From Cyclobacteriaceae bacterium (GTDB taxonomy: Bacteria; Bacteroidota; Bacteroidia; Cytophagales; Cyclobacteriaceae): DNA of 64,000 bases. Numbering within the stretch: position 1 is the first letter of the stretch; every line of letters begins with the position of its first letter. A model generated the notes under the pieces. That model was not told where the DNA came from and searched no databases. It saw only the letters and a program-made list of their open reading frames with translations. The stretch covers positions 42,787-106,786 of the forward strand of contig JAVJOD010000001.1 of NCBI GenBank assembly GCA_040216915.1, given 5' to 3'. This document shows, piece by piece, positions 1-9,091 of the stretch. The position numbers and the translations under genes are program-made.

Positions 1-1469
1 GTTCTGACAATGGCTTTACCATAGTACCTCTTGACGCAAATGGAATCAGCCTGATTCGTGAAAGAAACAAATTCCAGGACGGGAAAAAGCTATGGGAACT
101 GATATTACTTGATGACAAGCTCCAGGAAAACTGGGCTACCAACCTTTCTGTGGATAGTGATTTCAATTTAGTCGGATTTGAAATTACTCCGGACTTCCTG
201 TTCTACTTATTCACGAAAGGAGACTCAGACTCCAATGAATTTATCATCATTCAATTGAACTACCATGACAATAGCCTGCGAGAGTATCAGATCGAGCATG
301 AATTCAAATTCAGAATTACCCATTTTTCAGTGGTGGGTCAAAATCCAATATTTGGAGGCTATATCTCATTAGAACCTGCAGTGCTTCACTTTGATTTAGC
401 AACAGAAACACTGAAAGTTATACCGGGTTTCTTCCTTAAGGACACCGAGTTACTTGACTTGAACATCAACCAGAATCAAACTTTCAACGCACTATTGATT
501 GAGCGAAGTTCTATTGAGCAACGACATCTGGTATTGAAGACTTTTGATGCTAATGGCAGCCTACTCCTTGAGGATTATATCGAAATTGATCAAAACATTA
601 ACATTCTTAATGGGAAGACCAGTGGCCTGAAACGAGAAGAACTGATTATACTTGGCACCTACACGGAGGGGGTATCAAACGAGGCCATTGGGTTCTACTC
701 CATTTTCGTAGATCCTTTTTCCGACCAATCTTTTCAATATTTCACCTTTGCGAACCTTGCACACTTTCTCGATTATTTGCCACCTAAGAGAGCATCAAAA
801 ATAAGACAAAAGGCCATAGAGCGACAAGAAATAGGAAAAAGCCCAGACTACAAGGCTAATCTTAATTTAGTGAGAATTGAGGAAACGAAAGAGGGGTTCT
901 ATTTGCTATCCGAGGTTTACGATCCAAGCAATGGCGGTTCACCTCCTGTTTGGAATAATCGAAACTCCTACTACAATTATGGGTCATCACCATACTCCTT
1001 CGACAATCCACTTTCAACACGGAATCAAGGCGCACCCTATCCGTCCAATAGTTTTTCTGATAACGAAAATTTTAAAGTACTCGAAACAGTGCTGACCTTG
1101 TTCAACGGAAACGGCAAAATCGTGTGGAACAACAGTCTCAAGATGGAGGACGTCAAAAGATTTACCCTTGAGCCATCCTCAGACTTTACAATCAGGAAGG
1201 AGCTCATTTTTCTCGGCTACAAGAAAGAAAACGAACTCATCGTCAATACAAGTTCTCTTGAATACGAACCAGAGATCGACACCGTAAAGATTCCCCTTAG
1301 GTCATCTACAGAGTCTGTCAGATACGAGTCTGATCAAGACACAGGACTGCGATACTGGTACCCTAATTACTTTTTTGCCTGGGGCTATCAAAGTATTCGA
1401 GATTACGAAACAAAAGCAGAAGACCCAGTGAGATATGTGTTTTACATCAACAAATTCGAAACCGAGTAG
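1..1469 (+). CDS. hypothetical protein, 5'-partial; the frame is open to the window edge, so the GTG at 150 is probably internal
   Basis: The frame of 150..1469 has no stop back to nt 3. The upstream residues and the C-terminus (..YWYPNYFFAWGYQSIRDYE..VFYINKF) parallel the next ORF (..YWYGEHLFTYGVQNIKNFKE..VFFVNKI), so the two are paralogs. No family recognised. Confidence 0.6.
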   Translation, partial: SDNGFTIVPLDANGISLIRERNKFQDGKKLWELILLDDKLQENWATNLSVDSDFNLVGFEITPDFLFYLFTKGDSDSNEFIIIQLNYHDNSLREYQIEHEFKFRITHFSVVGQNPIFGGYISLEPAVLHFDLATETLKVIPGFFLKDTELLDLNINQNQTFNALLIERSSIEQRHLVLKTFDANGSLLLEDYIEIDQNINILNGKTSGLKREELIILGTYTEGVSNEAIGFYSIFVDPFSDQSFQYFTFANLAHFLDYLPPKRASKIRQKAIERQEIGKSPDYKANLNLVRIEETKEGFYLLSEVYDPSNGGSPPVWNNRNSYYNYGSSPYSFDNPLSTRNQGAPYPSNSFSDNENFKVLETVLTLFNGNGKIVWNNSLKMEDVKRFTLEPSSDFTIRKELIFLGYKKENELIVNTSSLEYEPEIDTVKIPLRSSTESVRYESDQDTGLRYWYPNYFFAWGYQSIRDYETKAEDPVRYVFYINKFETE

Positions 1470-2967
1470 CTGCGTTCTGTTGCTGACGCTCCTCTGCTGC
1501 TCATTCCTACGCCTCCCTGCGCAGAATCAGGTAGATAGGTTTGAAATTGAACTGGCTACAAATGAAATTGACCTTACCGCGATCTCCGCTGCGGAAAAAG
1601 GTCTAATAATCTTCAGAAGGTTGCTTGAGACACCCATAGATCGGTATGAATTTACGCACCTGGACACTTCGCTGAACGTTGTTTGGGAGCGCAATATTGA
1701 GGTAGCCAAGGAATTAGCCTTAGCAGGCTCATTGTTAAAAGATGACATTTTGTTTCTGCTGTTTCGAAGTGTAGACTTTAGTACTGCTAATTTTCAAATA
1801 GCAAGCATCAAGGTGGAAAATGGAGAACATGTGGTATCCACCGTAACAAACGTAATCCCCTTCAACCCCACAGAATTCGTAATCACGAATGAAGCTGCCT
1901 TTATGGGAGGGTACTTTAATTACCGTCCACTTGTGCTGTATTTCAGCTTCCTCACCCAAAAATCACATGTGCTTCCTGGTTTTTACAATGATAGAGGAGA
2001 ATTAACACACATCAGTCCAAACAAAGATGGCACCACTGACATCATCGTCAGTGCTGACAATGTGGATAAAAAGAAATCACTTTGGATCAGAAACTATAGT
2101 AGCAAAGGTGACCTTATTAAGACCACGATTTTACAACCGGAGCCCAAGAAGAATCTCATTTTCGGAAGGTCCATTCAAACCAATGACGGGAAGCAAATGG
2201 TTGTGGGCGTCTACGGGCGCTACAAGGAGTACTCGAGGGGCTTTTTTATCGCTGGAATAAACGAAACAGGAGAGTACGGAGTGAAGTACTACAATTTTGC
2301 GGAGCTACAGCGATTTTTCAACTACATGAAAGCGGAGAAGGAAGATAGGGTAATGGGCAAGATCGAGAGGCGAAAGATCAAAGGAAAGAAGATAAAGTTC
2401 AACTATAGATTTGTAGTACATGAGATCATTCCCTACCAAGATCAGTACATTATGCTAGGAGAGGCTTTCTATCCTCAATACTCCTATGCGCAAGGTACCG
2501 AGTTTGGCATCTATTCCCCACTCATGTACAGCCATTCCTTTTCTCGAGGTGGCTACACGCTGATAGGATATCATTATACTCACGCGGTGGTAATAGGCTT
2601 TAATGACAAAGGTGAATTGAAGTGGGACAATAGTTTTGAGATAAACAATGTAGAGACTACATCACTTAAGCAGTTTGTAAAGGCCAGGCCCTTGGACGAT
2701 AGGATAATCCTACAGTACGCTTATGACAATCAGATTCATTCAAAAATAATCAAGGACGCTGAGGTACTGGAAGGCAAGGTGGGAAGCAAGATCAAATTAA
2801 GATTTGAAGATGATATTTTAGTGGATAAGAAATCAGATTCAGGTCAAATTGCATATTGGTATGGTGAGCACCTTTTCACCTACGGAGTCCAAAACATCAA
2901 AAATTTCAAAGAGATAAAAGTGCCTCAGGAACGAAGGGTCTTTTTTGTAAACAAAATCTCCTATTGA
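1435..2967 (+). CDS. hypothetical secreted protein, paralog of the preceding gene
   Basis: 510-aa ORF with an N-terminal hydrophobic signal-like segment (CVLLLTLLCCSFLRLPAQ). Shares its C-terminal motif with the upstream ORF and overlaps it by 35 nt. Confidence 0.65.
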   Translation: MCFTSTNSKPSSCVLLLTLLCCSFLRLPAQNQVDRFEIELATNEIDLTAISAAEKGLIIFRRLLETPIDRYEFTHLDTSLNVVWERNIEVAKELALAGSLLKDDILFLLFRSVDFSTANFQIASIKVENGEHVVSTVTNVIPFNPTEFVITNEAAFMGGYFNYRPLVLYFSFLTQKSHVLPGFYNDRGELTHISPNKDGTTDIIVSADNVDKKKSLWIRNYSSKGDLIKTTILQPEPKKNLIFGRSIQTNDGKQMVVGVYGRYKEYSRGFFIAGINETGEYGVKYYNFAELQRFFNYMKAEKEDRVMGKIERRKIKGKKIKFNYRFVVHEIIPYQDQYIMLGEAFYPQYSYAQGTEFGIYSPLMYSHSFSRGGYTLIGYHYTHAVVIGFNDKGELKWDNSFEINNVETTSLKQFVKARPLDDRIILQYAYDNQIHSKIIKDAEVLEGKVGSKIKLRFEDDILVDKKSDSGQIAYWYGEHLFTYGVQNIKNFKEIKVPQERRVFFVNKISY

Positions 2968-3007
2968 TGTGATTTAGCGTTTTTTAAGTATCTTCGCGCC
3001 AAGGCCT

Positions 3008-3550
3008 ATGCAGAAGAAACTTATCCTCGACTCTGATCTGCTTGATATCACCCTGAATCGGCTTTGCCAGCAACTCATTGAAAATCACAACAGTTTTAAG
3101 AATACGGTGATCCTTGGCCTGCAACCCAGAGGTATTTTTTTAGCTGAATTAATCCACCAGAAACTTGAAAAACTCATTGGTAGCAAGATTTTGCTTGGGT
3201 TTTTAGATACCACCTTCCATCGAGACGATTTTAGAAGAAGAGACACCCCCGCCAAAGCAAGTGAAACAAGGGTGCCATTCGTAATCGAAGGAAAAAGTGT
3301 CGTGTTGATTGATGACGTACTCTTCACGGGAAGAACAGTAAGGGCTGCTATGGATGCGATGATAACTTTTGGAAGACCAACCAAAGTTGAGCTTCTGGTA
3401 TTAGTAGATAGAAAACACAGTCGTGACCTCCCTATTGCAGCTGACTATGTGGGCAAGTATGTAAATACAATAGAATCACAGCGTGTACTTGTGGAGTTGC
3501 AAGCGCATGGCGATAAGCAAAATAAGATTTGGTTAATCAACCACGACTAG
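3008..3550 (+). CDS. pyrR: bifunctional pyrimidine operon regulator / uracil phosphoribosyltransferase PyrR
   Basis: 180 aa with the PRPP-binding motif VVLIDDVLFTGRTVRAA and PyrR-type length. Lies 4 nt upstream of pyrB. Confidence 0.9.
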   Translation: MQKKLILDSDLLDITLNRLCQQLIENHNSFKNTVILGLQPRGIFLAELIHQKLEKLIGSKILLGFLDTTFHRDDFRRRDTPAKASETRVPFVIEGKSVVLIDDVLFTGRTVRAAMDAMITFGRPTKVELLVLVDRKHSRDLPIAADYVGKYVNTIESQRVLVELQAHGDKQNKIWLINHD

Positions 3551-3554
3551 GAAT

Positions 3555-4481
3555 ATGTCAAAACTGAGCCAACCACACCTACTCGGAATAAAGAACATCA
3601 CCAAGAAAGACATTCAACTCATTTTTGAAACTGCCGCGAATTTCAAGGAGGTCATAAACAGACCTATCAAGAAGGTACCCTCTCTTAGAGACGTGACCAT
3701 CGCAAACATTTTCTTCGAAAATTCCACCCGCACCCGTCTATCGTTTGAGCTTGCTGAAAAGAGACTATCCGCAGACATCATCAATTTCACGTCTTCGAAC
3801 AGTTCGGTCAAGAAGGGAGAAACCTTGCTTGACACGGTAAATAATGTACTGGCAATGAAAGTAGACATGGTGGTGATGCGGCACTCCAGTGTTGGTGCGC
3901 CACACTTCCTCGCCAAGCATATAAAGGCTAAAATCATTAATGCCGGTGATGGCACTCATGAGCACCCCACGCAAGCCTTGCTTGATTCATTCTCCATCCA
4001 TGAGAAATTGGGAACCCTGAGCGGTAAGAAAATTGCCATCATTGGGGATATCCTTCATTCAAGAGTAGCTTTGTCAAATATATTTGCACTACAAAAGATG
4101 GGAGCAAAAGTGATGGTATGTGGGCCGCCCACGCTGCTACCCAAATTCATATCTACACTAGGAGTGCTGGTAGAGTACGATGTAAAAAAAGCACTGGAAT
4201 GGTGTGATGTCGCAAATGTTTTGAGGATACAGTTGGAGAGGCAGCAGATCAAATACTTCCCTACCCTGAGAGAATACTCCCTGTACTACGGAATCAACAA
4301 AAGCCTACTCGATAGTCTGAATAAAGAAATTGTACTGATGCATCCTGGCCCAATCAATAGAGGAGTCGAACTCTCCAGCGATGCAGCAGACTCTCACCAT
4401 TCCATCATTTTAGATCAGGTGGAGAATGGTGTTGCCGTCAGAATGGCTGTACTTTATTTACTCGCTGGTGCGGCAGCTTAA
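3555..4481 (+). CDS. pyrB: aspartate carbamoyltransferase catalytic subunit
   Basis: 308 aa with the carbamoyl-phosphate motif STRTRLSFE, HPTQ, and HPGPINRG. Confidence 0.93.
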   Translation: MSKLSQPHLLGIKNITKKDIQLIFETAANFKEVINRPIKKVPSLRDVTIANIFFENSTRTRLSFELAEKRLSADIINFTSSNSSVKKGETLLDTVNNVLAMKVDMVVMRHSSVGAPHFLAKHIKAKIINAGDGTHEHPTQALLDSFSIHEKLGTLSGKKIAIIGDILHSRVALSNIFALQKMGAKVMVCGPPTLLPKFISTLGVLVEYDVKKALEWCDVANVLRIQLERQQIKYFPTLREYSLYYGINKSLLDSLNKEIVLMHPGPINRGVELSSDAADSHHSIILDQVENGVAVRMAVLYLLAGAAA

Positions 4482-4577
4482 AAAGAAGCACTTATAACCG
4501 TTTTTGGTCATTTGAGTCTGAAATATTCAGGTCAATAACCCCTAATTATTACCTTTGTAGCCTCAAAAATTTACCCC

Positions 4578-5948
4578 ATGATCTACAATTCAATAATCGA
4601 AACCATTGGAAACACGCCCCTTGTTAAACTTAATGCCGTTAACAAAGGAATACGCGGCACCATATTAGCAAAAGTGGAGTACTTCAATCCTGGAAACTCT
4701 ACAAAAGACAGGATGGCTTTGAAGATGGTTGAAGATGCCGAAAAAGCAGGGATACTTAAACCTGGAGGAACTATAATTGAAGGAACCAGTGGAAACACCG
4801 GCATGGGCATTGCGCTAGCAGCAATTGCCAAAGGCTACAAATGTATTTTTACCATGGCTGACAAGCAGTCGCAGGAAAAAATTAATATTCTTAAGGCGGT
4901 TGGAGCCGAAGTGGTCGTATGCCCTACCAATGTGGAGCCAGAGGATCCCAGGTCTTATTATTCAGTGGCAAAAAAATTCAACGAAGATATTCCCAATTCA
5001 TTTTACCCTAATCAGTACGACAATGCATCCAATGCCAGTGCACATTATGAGACTACAGGCCCTGAGATTTGGAATCAAACCGCTGGCAAGATCACTCACT
5101 ATGTAGCCACTGTGGGGACGGGTGGATCAATGAGCGGGACATCAAAGTATCTGAAAGAACAAAATCCCGGCATCGTCAGTGTGGGAATCGACACGTACGG
5201 GTCGGTATTTAAAAAGTATAAGGAAACGGGAGAGTTTGATAGAAATGAGATTTACCCCTACCTCACTGAAGGTTTTGGCGAAGACATTCTTCCAAAGAAT
5301 GTAAACTTTGATGTAATTGATCAATTCATAAAAGTAACGGATAAAGATGGGGCGATCATGTCACGAAGACTTTCCAAAGAAGAAGGCATGTTTGTAGGGT
5401 GGAGTAGTGGATCTGCTGTGCATGGGGCGCTTGAGTATGCAAGAGAAAATTTAAAGGAAGATGATGTGATGGTGATTCTTCTTCCCGATCACGGTACACG
5501 CTACCTCAACAAAATCTACAATGACAATTGGATGAAGGATCACGGTTTCCTTGAAGACAGAACGTACGCCACCGCTAAAAAGATTATTGATCAACGAAAT
5601 GGACAGGACAGTCTATACACCGTGTCAAGCACTGCGTCAATTGGCGAGGCCATCGCGATTCTTAACAAAGAAGGTATAGATCAGATTCCGGTAACGGATG
5701 GAAAAGAGTTTGTGGGTAGCGTGAGTGCTTCTCGTTTGTTGGAGAAGGTCATTGCTGATCCTTCGATCACCTCAAAAAAAGTCAGCGAAATAATGGATGG
5801 TGCGATGCCTTTTGTGGCGATGGATTCTACGCTGGATGTACTGTCCTCCCTGCTAAACAAAACCAACAAAGCTGTGCTGGTACGAGATAAAACAGAAAAA
5901 GTGCACATCATCACTCAGCACGATGTATTGAAGGCTATGGCACAATAA
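4578..5948 (+). CDS. cystathionine beta-synthase-like PLP enzyme (cysteine synthase fold plus C-terminal tandem CBS domains)
   Basis: Has the PLP-lysine motif NSTKDR and the GTSGNTG loop of the CysK/CysM/CBS fold. The C-terminal ~120 aa has a CBS-pair pattern (IDQIPVTD.., VLVRD..). Confidence 0.85.
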   Translation: MIYNSIIETIGNTPLVKLNAVNKGIRGTILAKVEYFNPGNSTKDRMALKMVEDAEKAGILKPGGTIIEGTSGNTGMGIALAAIAKGYKCIFTMADKQSQEKINILKAVGAEVVVCPTNVEPEDPRSYYSVAKKFNEDIPNSFYPNQYDNASNASAHYETTGPEIWNQTAGKITHYVATVGTGGSMSGTSKYLKEQNPGIVSVGIDTYGSVFKKYKETGEFDRNEIYPYLTEGFGEDILPKNVNFDVIDQFIKVTDKDGAIMSRRLSKEEGMFVGWSSGSAVHGALEYARENLKEDDVMVILLPDHGTRYLNKIYNDNWMKDHGFLEDRTYATAKKIIDQRNGQDSLYTVSSTASIGEAIAILNKEGIDQIPVTDGKEFVGSVSASRLLEKVIADPSITSKKVSEIMDGAMPFVAMDSTLDVLSSLLNKTNKAVLVRDKTEKVHIITQHDVLKAMAQ

Positions 5949-5951
5949 CGT

Positions 5952-7100
5952 TTAGTGCTTCTTTATTTCAACTTCAATTCTGTCATTATAGCCTGAAAGT
6001 GTGCTGCCTTGCGGGTAAATCATTGTTTTACCTCCCTCTGCTTTGGTCTTGATTCTCTTGCCATCAATTCCCTGGCTAACAAGATATTCCTTGACAAGAT
6101 TGGCTCTGGCTTCAGTAAGCGCCTTAGCCGATAAAGTCTCTCGTGTATTTAAGGTATTGGTTTCAAAGAATTCATTGCTGCTTCCTTTTACTACCACATT
6201 TCGTGATTGCGTCCCATTGCAGTGACCATGCACTTTGATCTTATACTTCGGATTTTCCTTCATCAAATCTACCAGCCCATCCAACTCAAGTTTTGATTCC
6301 GGCTGAAAAATGGCGGAGTTACCAAAGAACCGAACCTTATTAAATTCTATATAGTCTCCCCTTTTCGAGCGAACTAATTCAATTGGGATGATGACTTCAT
6401 TCTTGTCTCCTATACCCGAAGACAACACGGATGGATCCTCGTAGTCCACCGTTAGCTCCACAGGTCTGTATCCCGGGGCTTGCACCGAGACAATAAAGGC
6501 GTTTGCTGTATTGCGAGGCTTTTGAAGATAAACTACCTCATTCCCATTAAATGCCTGATACTGACTAGATCTTGCAGTCTCCGTAATATGAATTTCTCCA
6601 AGAACTTCCTCTTCTTCACTCACCAACTTGAAGTAAAATGGCTTTCCTTCAGGCACTGGCTCCTCAACAGGCTCCTCGACTACCGGTTCCGGTTCGGGCT
6701 CTGGATCTTCTTCGATTATTGGTTCGGGTTCGGGCTCTGGATCAGCCTCGGGTTCCGGCACTACCACTGGTTCTTCCTTCGGTTCCTGGCCTAGCTTGCC
6801 TGAAAATACCCAAGCATCTTTGTAAGGGGATTCAACTCTTATCTTAAGCATCAGGGAGAATGCTTTCCGCTTATCTGGTGAATCTAATATGTATACGTAG
6901 TACAGGTTGCGGGCCACGTTGATGGCATATTGGGCATTAAAATTTGCCTTATTAGCCTGGTCTGTCCATCGAATGGCATTGTCATGCTTAGCAAAGGCAC
7001 CAATAACTACATAGTGGGAGATTTCTTCATCTTGGGCGAAGACATTGGAATACCCCAATAAGAAACAACCCAGAAACAATGACAATAGAGCTTTCTTCAC
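5952..7100 (-). CDS. OmpA-family peptidoglycan-associated protein with N-terminal SPOR-like module and Pro/Glu linker
   Basis: Signal peptide, then N-terminal HYVVIGAFAKHDNAI..YYVYIL..DAWVF (SPOR-like). The linker is (D/E)PEPEPEP. The C-terminus is OmpA-like (FF..SA.F.PES..ELD.LV.LM..P.YKIKVHGHCNG ..EARANLVKEYL..GI...RI). Confidence 0.8.
   Translation of the reverse strand: MKKALLSLFLGCFLLGYSNVFAQDEEISHYVVIGAFAKHDNAIRWTDQANKANFNAQYAINVARNLYYVYILDSPDKRKAFSLMLKIRVESPYKDAWVFSGKLGQEPKEEPVVVPEPEADPEPEPEPIIEEDPEPEPEPVVEEPVEEPVPEGKPFYFKLVSEEEEVLGEIHITETARSSQYQAFNGNEVVYLQKPRNTANAFIVSVQAPGYRPVELTVDYEDPSVLSSGIGDKNEVIIPIELVRSKRGDYIEFNKVRFFGNSAIFQPESKLELDGLVDLMKENPKYKIKVHGHCNGTQSRNVVVKGSSNEFFETNTLNTRETLSAKALTEARANLVKEYLVSQGIDGKRIKTKAEGGKTMIYPQGSTLSGYNDRIEVEIKKH
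6686..6744. repeat. intragenic 23-nt direct repeat (period 36 nt) encoding the DPEPEPEP linker
   Basis: ggttccggttcgggctctggatc (6686..6708) versus ggttcgggttcgggctctggatc (6722..6744), with 1 mismatch. Confidence 0.75.
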
Positions 7101-7197
7101 AGTATAAGTATTTGGATTCCAACTAAATTAAGAAATAGCATTATAAAACGCTAGAAGCGATTTTTATATTGTTGATTGTGTATGGGTACAGATAAGG

Positions 7198-9006
7198 TCA
7201 ATTCTCTAAAATCTCTATCTCCACCCTGACATTGGATTGTGCCAAACTATGATTCTTGTCGTACAGCGCACGGCTACCTCCCCAGGCTTTAACTTCCATT
7301 CTATCATCCCCTACTCCGTTGTCTGCCAGATACTCTCTTATCACGTTGGCACGTTCTTCCGAAAGTTTTTTGGCAGATCCTCTCTGTTCATTGGTATCCG
7401 ACAAAGAGAAGTAATTCTTTGATTCACCCATGGTAATAATTTTCCCCGCTGCATTGCCATTGGTATGGCCGTGTATCCTGATTTTGTAGGTGTCACTTTC
7501 CCTCATCATGTCCAACAGGTTATTAATCTCATATTTTGACTCAGGCCTGATTATCGCAGCATCTTTGAAGAAATACACGTTGTACATCACCGCAATATCC
7601 CCCTTTTGCAATCTCACGAGACCAAACGGAATGATAGCTTCTTCGTCTTCTCCTTTCTCTACACCATCAGTTAGGAAAGGATTGTCATAATTCACCTTGA
7701 AAAGTAACTTTCTGTAGCCCAGCACTTCGCAAGCCAACACGATCTCACCAGATGCATCACTGCGCTTGACCTGCACAAGTTCATTCCCCTCATAACTGTC
7801 CAACTTTTTACCTGCCTCATTCACAAGTTCCACACTGCCATTGACTTTTCGACCGTTGACTGTGTTAAATAATCTGAACCGAAAATTTCTATTGCCCTCC
7901 GCATCAAACCCTGTGGCCTCACGAACCGCCACTGCAAGATTATTGGCTGTGGCTTTAAGGTGAAGATTGCTAATTGCTACATCTGGAGGTTCAACGCCTA
8001 ATGCCTTCAAGATTTCTCCCATCAACTCGGAGGCTTCGCCCCGTAGCTCGTCAGCATTGTCGTAGAAGCCGGTGGCCACATCCGCCATCAAGTTACCCAA
8101 TGCTTCCTCTGGGGTGGCTGTCAGCTCACCGTATGTTTTACCTTTGCTCGGGTGCTTCATCTCAGAAGCCTGCGCAGCAAACTTCTGGAACAAGTCTGGA
8201 TTCTTCTTGCGTAGGAATTTTACTACAGGCTTAAGTCCCTCATGAAAAGGTTGTTCAGTTTGAGATTCAGTGGCATTGATGGCAAGAATATTATTCTTCG
8301 AATCAAAAAATCCAGCTACGGGTTTATCCTCATCAATTTCGTATCCCAATGATCGCAAAGCCTCGCGACCTTCTTCATCATTCTTAAACACAATCACCTT
8401 CGTGGATGCATCCAGCCCAACAGCTTTTTCCTTAACACTCTGAATTGTCTCATAATGTTTTTTCTTATTCTCGCTGTCTGCAGCGCGGATAGCACTACCC
8501 AAATCCAGTCCTTCGGATTCGTCCTTCATAGACAAGGCTTTCACTTCAGCTGCCTGTTTTTCACTTTCAATGCTTGACACTATGGATCTATCCTTTACAT
8601 CACTTTTGTCTGACATCGCAACCTCATTGTCATTCACAATACCGACAGCTCTACTGTTGCCTGCCATTGCTTCCTCACCCAAGGCTCCATAAAATACCCA
8701 GGTGTCCCAATGCTTCGATTCTCTTCTAAGCTTTCTCGCCAATGCAAAGGCCTGTACCCTATCGTCTGACTTGAGTACATATACATAGTGAAGTCCCCGA
8801 TCGGGATTAATTTCAAAGGCGACATCGGGATAAGCTTCCTTCGATGCACTGACCAAATTGATAGCGTTGTCCTTCTTACCAAAAGCTCCAATCACTACAT
8901 GGTTGGAAAAGCCTTCTGTTTGTTTAGGTGGAGATGGTTGCCCTTTAACTGATAGTCCAGAAAAAAATAGGAGCAACATCAGGTTTAGTTTGCTTGTCAT
9001 AGACAT
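7198..9006 (-). CDS. OmpA-family protein with N-terminal SPOR-like module (larger paralog of 5952..7100)
   Basis: Same end architecture as its neighbour: NHVVIGAFGKKDNAI..HYVYVL..DTWVF at the N-terminus and VYFFKDAAIIRPESKYEINNLLDMM..YKIRIHGHTNG..EERANVIREYL at the C-terminus. The unique middle region is ~300 aa. Confidence 0.8.
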   Translation of the reverse strand: MSMTSKLNLMLLLFFSGLSVKGQPSPPKQTEGFSNHVVIGAFGKKDNAINLVSASKEAYPDVAFEINPDRGLHYVYVLKSDDRVQAFALARKLRRESKHWDTWVFYGALGEEAMAGNSRAVGIVNDNEVAMSDKSDVKDRSIVSSIESEKQAAEVKALSMKDESEGLDLGSAIRAADSENKKKHYETIQSVKEKAVGLDASTKVIVFKNDEEGREALRSLGYEIDEDKPVAGFFDSKNNILAINATESQTEQPFHEGLKPVVKFLRKKNPDLFQKFAAQASEMKHPSKGKTYGELTATPEEALGNLMADVATGFYDNADELRGEASELMGEILKALGVEPPDVAISNLHLKATANNLAVAVREATGFDAEGNRNFRFRLFNTVNGRKVNGSVELVNEAGKKLDSYEGNELVQVKRSDASGEIVLACEVLGYRKLLFKVNYDNPFLTDGVEKGEDEEAIIPFGLVRLQKGDIAVMYNVYFFKDAAIIRPESKYEINNLLDMMRESDTYKIRIHGHTNGNAAGKIITMGESKNYFSLSDTNEQRGSAKKLSEERANVIREYLADNGVGDDRMEVKAWGGSRALYDKNHSLAQSNVRVEIEILEN

Positions 9007-9091
9007 ACCTGCTTAGTTTAAAAACCCTAAAATAGGCACTATTAATTAAACAATTCAAATAAATATACACAAAACCTTACATGTCAAATAG

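Noticed and set aside
2968-3554. PyrR-dependent transcription attenuator (Bacillus-type) around pyrR/pyrB
   Set aside because: The leader before pyrR is only 40 nt and the pyrR-pyrB gap is 4 nt. I see neither a terminator hairpin nor a PyrR-binding loop.
6640-6790. Short tandem repeat region considered as a possible non-coding repeat array
   Set aside because: It is in frame within the OmpA-family gene and encodes the (D/E)PEPEPEP linker, so it is recorded only as an intragenic repeat.
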